Shown: positions 9,924 through 17,764, counted from the first letter of the stretch. The stretch: DNA of 46,899 bases from Candidatus Pacearchaeota archaeon (GCA_018304985.1 JAGVWP010000012.1:1-46899), one strand, 5' to 3'. The notes: generated by a model from the sequence alone, not told the origin. Made by a program: numbers and translations.

Positions 9924-10046
9924 AACCTAATTTGAAGTAGGTAATAATTATTTAAATTAAAAAAATATTTATGAGTTATCATTAGTAGTTTGTTTTGTAA
10001 CTTGTTAGAGTAAGCTGCAGATATTTTAATTTAAGCGAATTTCTTA

Positions 10047-10454
10047 TTATCCCTTTAGCAACAATAATGCTTCTTCAGGACTAACAATCTTTATTCCCCG
10101 ATACTGTTTTAATTTTAATAAATGTTTATCTTGACTTATAACTAAATCCACATTTCCACTTATTCCAGCTTCAAGAAATTTATTATCATCTGGGTCATCT
10201 TTTATGGCATCAAGCTTTATTGTTGGCTCAACCATAATTGAATTTTCTATTATCAAATTTCTCCATTCTTCAATCATTTCATCGGGCATTTGGATTTTGA
10301 AATTCTTTAATGTTTCTACAAATTCATCTATAATCTCTACAGAACTGACTAACTCAAATTTTTTATTTTTCCACTCGTCTATGATTTGAGAACAAAAATT
10401 TCCTTCCCAAAAGATTCCGGAGACAAAAATATTAGTGTCAATTATTGCCATCAT
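10047..10454 (-). CDS. PIN-domain toxin
   Basis: N-terminal IIDTNIFVSGIF and C-terminal DDNKFLE..VISQDKHLL, typical of PIN_3-type toxins. 4-nt overlap with the antitoxin gene. Confidence 0.7.
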   Translation of the reverse strand: MMAIIDTNIFVSGIFWEGNFCSQIIDEWKNKKFELVSSVEIIDEFVETLKNFKIQMPDEMIEEWRNLIIENSIMVEPTIKLDAIKDDPDDNKFLEAGISGNVDLVISQDKHLLKLKQYRGIKIVSPEEALLLLKG

Positions 10455-10723
10455 TTTTTCCGAGCATGTTTGATTGCATCTTCTACATCAGACTCTTTTA
10501 TTCCTCTCTTTTTAGCAAAATCTCTTGTTTTTTTGAGCAGTTTATCAATTCCGCTAAAAGAAGGTATTTCCAACTTTTTTAATACAATTGTATTATCTTC
10601 TCCAATAACAACAAACTTTTCTCCGGTTTGAATCTTCATTCTGTCTCTCAAACTTTGAGGAATAACTACTTGCCCTCTTGAACTTACGCTCGTTATTTCA
10701 ACATTTTCCATTTTAACCTCCAA
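10451..10723 (-). CDS. AbrB/SpoVT-type antitoxin
   Basis: SSRGQVVIPQSLRDRMKIQTGEKFVV matches the swapped-hairpin AbrB/MazE motif. Confidence 0.7.
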   Translation of the reverse strand: MEVKMENVEITSVSSRGQVVIPQSLRDRMKIQTGEKFVVIGEDNTIVLKKLEIPSFSGIDKLLKKTRDFAKKRGIKESDVEDAIKHARKK

Positions 10724-10822
10724 ATAAGTTTATACGATTAGTAAGATTATCTTATTTATAAACCTTTCGTTTTGTATGCTCTTTTTTAGAAAAAAGAAGT
10801 AAAAATAAACTTCAAAAAACTT

Positions 10823-13084
10823 CTACAATTTTGACGCAGAAAATTTATTTGCCTCTTTATCAACTCTCTTAACCCATTCTGGAAAAACTCTTTCAGAATC
10901 CGGAATTCCCACTTCTTTTGTTACCTCATCACTTACTTCATGAAAGATACTATTTGCTACCGAGCAGAATTCAGCCTCAAGAAGTTCAGGCCTATTCAAC
11001 TTTTCCGCTAAATCGACAATATACTGTTTTGTCTTTCCTCTTAAAAGTATATTATCATAAACAGCATCCCAGTTTCCAGCCCATCCTTTTACTTGAGACG
11101 CAATTTCTTTTATAATCTCAGAATCTCCGTTAATTAATTCATCACTAGGTTCCAACTCGTCTTTCTCAACATTATATTTTAATAAATCAATAAATCCTCC
11201 CTCTTCAAGCGGATCTTTAGTCCAGTGTTTTCTGACTTCAGATAATTGCATTAATCTCCTAACACTATGTAACCCGTCAGGAGTTTTTACAGGATTTGCA
11301 ACCATCACAAGATCAGTTGCTTTAAAACTTGTTATCGGAACATTAAGGTCATTAACAATTCTGTCAAATACAGCATAAGGCGAACTCCCATGAACAGTTC
11401 CTGCAACAACATTTGCCAAAGCTCCAACTCTCATTGCTTCATACAATGCTTTTGCCTCAGTGCTTCTAATCTCGCCAACAATTAAAGAACTATCTCCCAA
11501 TCTTAAACTGGCCCTTATACCTTCTTCAGCAGCAAGTTCATTGCTTGTTTCAACAAGGGATGAACGAACTTTCATTGATAAAATATCATATCCTAGTTTT
11601 CTTAAATAATCGCTCGGCAATTCCGGAGTGTCTTCAATTAAAATAACTCTATATTTTGATTTTATCTCAAGCATTAAAGCTCCAAGCAGGCTTGTTTTTC
11701 CAGAACTTCTAGTTCCAGCAACTAAAAGCGTTCTCGAACCGTCAATTAAAAAACTTAACAATCCTGCTGAAAAACTATTAATCATCTTATTTTTAATAAA
11801 TAAAGGAAGTGTCCACGGATAATCTCTATGCCTTCTTATAGCATATGACAATCCATGATGAGATAACGGCCTTTGCACAATTGCAATTCTTGCTCGTGTA
11901 TTTTCCAAAATTAAATCTGTATCCAATATAGGATTTGCTTCATCCAAAGGCCTTCCAGAAATCATCCTGAATTTTGCAGCCCACGAATCAGCATCCTCCT
12001 GGCTTAGGAGAATATTTGTCTCACATTCATCATATTTGCTATGCCTTAAAAAAATAGGATTCAAAGTTATTGGAGCATTTAAAACAATATCCTGCAACTC
12101 CTTATCCTGTAACAGCACTTCCAACAATCCAAAACCAATTGTATGCCTGACAAGAATATTTGAAAGCTTATTAAGATCAGTGTAGGAAACATAAATCTTT
12201 CTGTTTTGGGACAATTCCTGCAATAAATCCCTTGCAACATTAAAAAATACCTGTCTCGTCCTGGCAGGATCAACAAACTCCTCTGCTTTAGGCTGATGCT
12301 CAATTAAAACATTCCTTGCCAGATTCAACAGCATCTGGAAATCCTCGTTAAGAAAATATTCAGGAGGCATCAAATGATAAAAATATTTCAACTCATTTGG
12401 TTTTTTTAATATTGTTATTGTACTTTTATCCTCTTCAATTCCAATTTCATACTGATCAACAATTTTTGCTCCTTCAGGCAGGGCAGAAGCAAGTCTTGCA
12501 AAAGCAAAATTAGGAATTATATCTGGAGCAAATATTTCAGAATAAGCAACCCGACCATTAGCGCTCTCTTCTCTCTCAATTAATTTTTTAATTAATTTTG
12601 TCTCACCAAGCAGCTTAATTATCTTATCTAAAAGTCTTATATAGCTTTTATCTTGCTGTTCTAATTGAAAAGATTTTTGTTCAGTTAATTTATCTCTAAT
12701 TCTCTGATAAGCTAAAAAAGCATCAAATTTAAGGCCTTGTAAAAAATTAGTCAAAAAATCATATTTTTCAGCAGTATTTAAATTTCCAAGTTTCTCCGGA
12801 GAGAGAATTTTATCCTGTTTTAATAAAAAAGTGTATAAATTAGCTATCTCAGCAAGCATCGAGACTTGTTCAAAATTATAATTATAATTTCTCTGTTGAA
12901 CAAGAATAATTCTTGAGATATTTGGAGATTCTATAAGCAAATCAACATTTCTTGCCATTACTTCCTGCAAACTAGCAATGCTTGGAATAAATGAAGCCCC
13001 AAGATAATTAACATACGCAACATTCTCTCCAGCCTCATTTCTTACTTCATATGCATATAGTTTCGTTCCTCTTTCAAATATCAT
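10823..13084 (-). CDS. FlaI/VirB11/TadA-family secretion ATPase with a long N-terminal extension
   Basis: Walker A GTRSSGKTSLLGAL, Walker B VILIEDTPEL, IVGEIRSTEA and GTVHG boxes. 753 aa, with about 430 aa N-terminal to the P-loop. Confidence 0.85.
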   Translation of the reverse strand: MIFERGTKLYAYEVRNEAGENVAYVNYLGASFIPSIASLQEVMARNVDLLIESPNISRIILVQQRNYNYNFEQVSMLAEIANLYTFLLKQDKILSPEKLGNLNTAEKYDFLTNFLQGLKFDAFLAYQRIRDKLTEQKSFQLEQQDKSYIRLLDKIIKLLGETKLIKKLIEREESANGRVAYSEIFAPDIIPNFAFARLASALPEGAKIVDQYEIGIEEDKSTITILKKPNELKYFYHLMPPEYFLNEDFQMLLNLARNVLIEHQPKAEEFVDPARTRQVFFNVARDLLQELSQNRKIYVSYTDLNKLSNILVRHTIGFGLLEVLLQDKELQDIVLNAPITLNPIFLRHSKYDECETNILLSQEDADSWAAKFRMISGRPLDEANPILDTDLILENTRARIAIVQRPLSHHGLSYAIRRHRDYPWTLPLFIKNKMINSFSAGLLSFLIDGSRTLLVAGTRSSGKTSLLGALMLEIKSKYRVILIEDTPELPSDYLRKLGYDILSMKVRSSLVETSNELAAEEGIRASLRLGDSSLIVGEIRSTEAKALYEAMRVGALANVVAGTVHGSSPYAVFDRIVNDLNVPITSFKATDLVMVANPVKTPDGLHSVRRLMQLSEVRKHWTKDPLEEGGFIDLLKYNVEKDELEPSDELINGDSEIIKEIASQVKGWAGNWDAVYDNILLRGKTKQYIVDLAEKLNRPELLEAEFCSVANSIFHEVSDEVTKEVGIPDSERVFPEWVKRVDKEANKFSASKL

Positions 13085-13096
13085 TTTCTTTATGGT

Positions 13097-13174
13097 TTGG
13101 GAACCTTTTTTAAAGGTTGTTTTGTAACTTTTACAAAAGTTACTTTTGGGAACCTTTTTGTTCTTAAAAGGTTC
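13097..13174. promoter_or_regulatory. Three consecutive palindromes plus a 14-nt direct repeat upstream of the ATPase gene
   Basis: Palindromes: aacctttt/ttaaaggtt (13102-13118), gtaactttt-ac-aaaagttac (13124-13143), gaacctttt-tgttctt-aaaaggttc (13150-13174). ttgggaaccttttt occurs at 13097 and 13146. Confidence 0.5.
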
Positions 13175-13396
13175 ATTTCAACTATCCTTTTATTCTCTTT
13201 TTTAACTTATTATCTCCTTAAGAAATTAAGACGATTAAAATAGTTTTCTATGCTGTCAAAATGCAGGTTATGATGCTATTATTAATTTAAGTAAAATTAA
13301 TGGTATCTTTGCCCATTTATACAAGAGAGTTATTAAGTCTTTATTTATTTTAAAATTATTGAACAAGTTACCAAAACCCAATATTAAAACCCTAGT

Positions 13397-13515
13397 TTAA
13401 ATAGCTACCAAATCATGTTAAATTTCTCCCAAATGAGAAATTTAGTATTATATGGATTCAAGAACATTTTGAAATCATACCACATCTTCACCTAATTTAA
13501 ATGTGAAAGTTTCTG
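13397..13515 (+). repeat. Intergenic composite repeat, archetypal full copy (U-H-L-B-T)
   Basis: ttaaatagctaccaaatcatgtt, then hairpin aaatttctc-ccaaat-gagaaattt (13420-13443), then agtattatatggattcaagaacatttt, gaaatcataccacatcttcacctaattta and aatgtgaaagtttctg. Confidence 0.85.
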
Positions 13516-13659
13516 ATTTTTATTATTTATCATTTAGAGATTAGAAGATTCTATAAGTTATATACTATAAATTAATATGTCAAGAAACAACAACAATTTT
13601 AAACCCTATTAACATATAATATAAATAAGGAATATAAATAAGGAATAAAAAAGAGGAAA

Positions 13660-14118
13660 ATGGCGCAAGAACAATACCCGGCTCAAGAAGCAATATCTTA
13701 CGAACTCGGATTAAAATTAAGAGATTTGGAAGAAAATCAAAGATTAATGAAAGAAAGAATTCTTCTTGTAGGCCAGAACTTAATAGATTTTGAAGATAAA
13801 ACGTCAAAAGAAATATCAGAAGTAAAAAAATCAATATATGAGTTAAAATCAGATGTGGAAAGAATCAAAGGAATTATACAGTCTCTGTCAGAAGAAATTG
13901 AAAAATCAGCAAGAAGAGAAGAGCTGGCTATTTTATCCCGCCAATTTAAGATGTTTGAGCCGTTAAAATTTGCAAGAATTGAGGACATTGACAAAATAAT
14001 TGAAGAAAAATTAAATGATAAAATTGATAAACACCAATTACATAATAAAGATAATCAAAAAGAAGAGGGAAAAGAAAAAGAATCTCATCCTCATGCTTTT
14101 TGGATGGGAAAAACCTAA
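13660..14118 (+). CDS. Coiled-coil protein, hypothetical
   Basis: 152 aa, heptad-like and E/K/L/I-rich. Shares the leader aaaaaagaggaaaa-ATG with the next gene. Confidence 0.5.
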   Translation: MAQEQYPAQEAISYELGLKLRDLEENQRLMKERILLVGQNLIDFEDKTSKEISEVKKSIYELKSDVERIKGIIQSLSEEIEKSARREELAILSRQFKMFEPLKFARIEDIDKIIEEKLNDKIDKHQLHNKDNQKEEGKEKESHPHAFWMGKT

Positions 14119-14141
14119 ACATTAAATAAAAAAGAGGAAAA

Positions 14142-14945
14142 ATGCCACTATTGGAAAGAGTAAGACAAATGAAGCAGTCTGGAATGAATGAAAATGAAAT
14201 AGTAAAAGGGCTTCAGGAACAGGGAATCTCTCCAAGAGAAATTAATGATGCTGTTGCTCAGTCTAGGATAAAAGATGTTATTTCAAACCAGCCAATTTCA
14301 GGCATACCCTCACAAAATACAATGCAAGAATCATCTTATCCTGGAACAGAAGAGGCAGATGGTTATTCTATAGAAGGAATGCAGCCATCATTAATAAATC
14401 AGCAAGAACAGGCACCAAATATACCTATTTATGCAGAAGAATTAGGACAGTACCCTCAACCTCAGCAATATCCTGGTTATGAAGAATACTCTCAAGAGCA
14501 AACCAGCTACCCGCAACAAACACAAGAAGGGCAAGATTATCAGTCCTATTACGGAGCAGGATATGGCAGCAGCACTGAAACAATAAGTGAAATTGCAAGC
14601 CAGATGATTGATGAAAAACTTTCAAAAACAAATAAAATCCTTAGTAATTTAACTGAATTTAAAATAATTTTAGATGCAAAAGTTGATAAAATAGACCAAA
14701 GACTGCAAAGAATTGAGTTAATTATTGATCAGCTGCAAACTAATTTAATAAGAAAATCGTCTTCTCAAATTCAGGATATTGAAGATATAAAAAATGAAAT
14801 GAGGGGTATGCAAGAAGGCTTCAGTAAAGTCCTTAATCCTCTAACAGACAACATAAGAGAAATTGAAAGAATAAAAAGCAGAACAGAAAAATCAGGTATA
14901 AGCAAGCCAATTAAACAGATAAAATCAAAAATCAAGAAAAAATAA
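14142..14945 (+). CDS. Hypothetical protein: small helical N-domain, Q/P/Y-rich low-complexity linker, C-terminal coiled coil
   Basis: 267 aa. Linker sequence GQYPQPQQYPGYEEYSQEQTSYPQQTQEGQDYQSYYGAGYGSS. Confidence 0.5.
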   Translation: MPLLERVRQMKQSGMNENEIVKGLQEQGISPREINDAVAQSRIKDVISNQPISGIPSQNTMQESSYPGTEEADGYSIEGMQPSLINQQEQAPNIPIYAEELGQYPQPQQYPGYEEYSQEQTSYPQQTQEGQDYQSYYGAGYGSSTETISEIASQMIDEKLSKTNKILSNLTEFKIILDAKVDKIDQRLQRIELIIDQLQTNLIRKSSSQIQDIEDIKNEMRGMQEGFSKVLNPLTDNIREIERIKSRTEKSGISKPIKQIKSKIKKK

Positions 14946-14947
14946 TT

Positions 14948-15586
14948 TTATTTCTCAAACTTTTTTGAAGCTTTAAAAAACATAATAATTTCAACAATAT
15001 AAGCTGCAAGTAAAACAAATATCCCTATAAAAATAATTAAAGTTGCTCCGCCAATAATTTCTAATATTCCGGCAGTTTCAGCCAAAGAAACCTTACCTTT
15101 TAATTTTAGCAAAGCAACTCCATTTAAGATTGAAAGAACAGAGATTAAAATAACTATGATTATCAGCACAATAAATATGCCTAAAATTATTCCAAGAAAA
15201 CCTGAGCCTAAAGATTGTTGCAGCTCATATGATGAAGAAAAATTGCCAGTGAGATTTGTTGTGAAATTTTCAGGACTTAAAGACGGTTGAGAAAATCCGA
15301 TAATAGAAAAAATAGTTCCGAATAGAAAAAGTATAGAGAGCAATATAGAAATGGCGATTCCAATCCATGCTAAGACAACTAAAAGCTTATTATTGAACTT
15401 CTTGCCTAAGGCAACAAAACCATATGCAAAAAATATAGCTAAAATAGAAGTTATAAGATATATAGGAGAGGTAATTAAATTCAAAATTCTTGTATTTTTA
15501 ATTAAATATGGTGGAATATTTACAATAATTGACAGGATAATAAGAAATAATCCGGACCATGCCGCAACTTTTAATGGTTTTTTCAT
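14948..15586 (-). CDS. Polytopic membrane protein, hypothetical
   Basis: 212 aa with about six hydrophobic helices. Confidence 0.5.
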   Translation of the reverse strand: MKKPLKVAAWSGLFLIILSIIVNIPPYLIKNTRILNLITSPIYLITSILAIFFAYGFVALGKKFNNKLLVVLAWIGIAISILLSILFLFGTIFSIIGFSQPSLSPENFTTNLTGNFSSSYELQQSLGSGFLGIILGIFIVLIIIVILISVLSILNGVALLKLKGKVSLAETAGILEIIGGATLIIFIGIFVLLAAYIVEIIMFFKASKKFEK

Positions 15587-15614
15587 TTTATTGTATAATT
15601 TATTTAATATAACT

Positions 15615-16136
15615 TTATTTTGCCTTCTTAGTTATAACCCAAGAGGCAATTAGAGCAATAATTAAAAGCAAAGCTCCTCCTAGAAACCTGTCAGAATAAG
15701 CAAACTTTGCCACTTTCAGTAATGTGGGGTCAGCGCCATCTCCAGATGCTCCTGGCAGATACGGACCTAAGACCGGATTAAATACTTTTATGGCAGCAAC
15801 AAGGAAGATTATTAAAAGCAGAACTATGAAAACCCAGGCAATCCACGGCTTCATGAATTTATCAATATCCTTCTGCGAAAAGCCTACTATAACTAAAAAG
15901 AAAAATAAGCTTACAATTAAAATAGCAAACCACGGAGTAATTGCTCCAAGATACTCCACACCAGGCGCAAAAGTAATAAATATAATTGCCAGAATAAATG
16001 CTGTGATTGAATTAACAAAAGCATTTTCACCAAGTATCTTAGTCTTTGTAAGAATTGCATAGACAACAACATAAACTAAAAGAAATCCGAATATTGCCAA
16101 AAAATAACTTAGCCACGAAAAATCTAAAACTGCCAT
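15615..16136 (-). CDS. Membrane protein, paralog 1 of 3
   Basis: Shares the N-terminal architecture and motif AILTKTKILGE with the next two genes. Confidence 0.55.
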   Translation of the reverse strand: MAVLDFSWLSYFLAIFGFLLVYVVVYAILTKTKILGENAFVNSITAFILAIIFITFAPGVEYLGAITPWFAILIVSLFFFLVIVGFSQKDIDKFMKPWIAWVFIVLLLIIFLVAAIKVFNPVLGPYLPGASGDGADPTLLKVAKFAYSDRFLGGALLLIIALIASWVITKKAK

Positions 16137-16145
16137 TTTATCTCA

Positions 16146-16697
16146 TTATTTGCCGCCAGCCCGTATTGGTGTCCACATTGTTCCAGCAGCCTCTTGTGGA
16201 TCCTTCGCTTTAGCATTATTCACTATTAAAAATACAAAAACAATTAAAATTACTCCAGCAACTAAAGCAGAAGTATTTTCTCTGGTAAGCCAAAAACTTC
16301 CAGTCCACCACGAGAAATCCTGCAATGAATTTAAAAGAATTACAGCTCCAACAATTCCCCCAATAATCATAAAAATATATGCCTGCCCTTTAAAAGATTT
16401 ATAATCAACAAACAAACCCAGCATTATCAAAGCTAATAAAAGTATGCCAATGCCAATTCCAACTCTAGGAAATAAAACTGCAAAAAACGTTGAAACATAA
16501 TCAAACTGCAAAGCCATTAAACCAACAGCAAGAGCAACAATTGCATTAATCCATCTGTTTTCTTCACTCTCGCCTGCAATTTTTATTTTTTGCATAATTG
16601 CAAAAACCAAGGCAAATATCAGCAAAAATGGAAGCACATAATCAAAAATTCCTAAATTCGCCCAGTCTTGCAGTATAACACTAATTGGAACAGCCAT
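16146..16697 (-). CDS. Membrane protein, paralog 2 of 3
   Basis: Motif AIMQKIKIAGE and NAIVALAVGLMAL. Confidence 0.55.
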   Translation of the reverse strand: MAVPISVILQDWANLGIFDYVLPFLLIFALVFAIMQKIKIAGESEENRWINAIVALAVGLMALQFDYVSTFFAVLFPRVGIGIGILLLALIMLGLFVDYKSFKGQAYIFMIIGGIVGAVILLNSLQDFSWWTGSFWLTRENTSALVAGVILIVFVFLIVNNAKAKDPQEAAGTMWTPIRAGGK

Positions 16698-16813
16698 GAT
16701 TATAAAACATAAACTCCATTTAAATATCTTTCGCAGCGAAATATTTAGAAGTTATTAAAAATCAGTAAATATCATAATCTAAAACCAACTTAAACAGACA
16801 ATAAATAAGGCAT

Positions 16814-16907
16814 AAATTTTCTTCAAATGAAAATTTATTTATGATGTGTTTTCAAAAAATGTACCATGATAATAATACAATCCCCCACTTATTTTAAGGT
16901 GAAATCT
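16814..16907 (+). repeat. Intergenic composite repeat, diverged copy
   Basis: Hairpin aaattttc-ttcaaat-gaaaattt at 16814-16836, followed by diverged L and B modules. Confidence 0.6.
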
Positions 16908-16985
16908 AATTATATTTTATTAATTATCCCCTGAATATTCTAATGTTATATAAGTTTTATGTAATAAATTAAAATAAAAAGAAAA

Positions 16986-17495
16986 TTAACTTGTCGCCTT
17001 TTTTTTCGCGCCAAATATAACAACAGCCAAAGCTCCAAGAATTATCGCAATCATTAAAATATTTGAAGCCAAGCTTGAAAAGCTCCCTCCGCCAAATAGT
17101 GCATTGTAAGCTTTATCCCATTGCCCTGTTGCAACAATTACTGCAATAATCAAAGCAATTCCTGCTAAAATACCGATGCCATATTGCAGTTGTTTAGGTA
17201 ATTTAAGACCCTCCCTCATATCACTTGCTACAAAACCATATAAGATCATAAATACCAAAAGAATAACAACAGAAACAGCTAGAAATGGCATTAAGCCGGC
17301 AATAATATTTGTAGCCCATGAAAAAGCAACAACAATTAAACCAACAGCAAGAGCAACAAGAGCGTCAATCTGTCTTTTATCCTCTCCTAAAATCTTTGAT
17401 TTCTGAAGAATCGCAAAAACTAAAGTGAACACCAGCAAAAAGGGATAAATAATCTTCACAGCAAAGTCACTTGATAAAATAGTTTCTAAAGCCAT
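16986..17495 (-). CDS. Membrane protein, paralog 3 of 3
   Basis: Motif AILQKSKILGE and DALVALAVGLIVV. Confidence 0.55.
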   Translation of the reverse strand: MALETILSSDFAVKIIYPFLLVFTLVFAILQKSKILGEDKRQIDALVALAVGLIVVAFSWATNIIAGLMPFLAVSVVILLVFMILYGFVASDMREGLKLPKQLQYGIGILAGIALIIAVIVATGQWDKAYNALFGGGSFSSLASNILMIAIILGALAVVIFGAKKKATS

Positions 17496-17516
17496 ATCAA
17501 GTTAAATGAAGAGGAG

Positions 17517-17610
17517 TTTAAAAACTATTCGCTCATGCAAAATAGTTTTTAAAATAATGTTCTTGAATCACTACTATATCTATACCTAATTTAAATGAGT
17601 AAATTACTAT
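17517..17610 (+). repeat. Intergenic composite repeat with a different 13-bp hairpin
   Basis: tttaaaaactatt (17517-17529) pairs with aatagtttttaaa (17541-17553). It is followed by cttgaatcactactatatctatacctaatttaaatgagtaaattact. Confidence 0.65.
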
Positions 17611-17642
17611 ATCTTGCCAGTTTTAATCAACCAATTATAAAA

Positions 17643-17764
17643 ATAAATCATGCAAAATTTTTCACATAGAAAAATTTAGAATTATATATTTTTCAAAACC
17701 TTATTTTAAAATCACACCATAATTCTACTTAATTTATACATCTTAAGTTACTTATCATTAAATC
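17643..17764 (+). repeat. Intergenic composite repeat, full copy
   Basis: Hairpin aaaatttttc-acata-gaaaaattt at 17654-17677. B module 17707-17736. Tail acatcttaagttacttatcattaaat recurs exactly at 38486-38511. Confidence 0.85.

Noticed and set aside
13580-13994. Minus-strand ORFs 13580-13834 and 13737-13994
   Set aside because: They are antisense to the coiled-coil gene 13660-14118, which has a clear GAGG leader. The sequences are L/F/I/S low complexity.
2024-17406. Other short antisense track ORFs: 2024-2215, 5418-5645, 6138-6395, 8793-8975, 10204-10631, 10918-11115, 11628-11822, 12079-12303, 14425-14631, 15351-15653, 15724-16062, 16150-16404, 17176-17406
   Set aside because: Each lies fully within, or opposite to, a longer ORF that has motifs or a coherent membrane topology. 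None has independent support.
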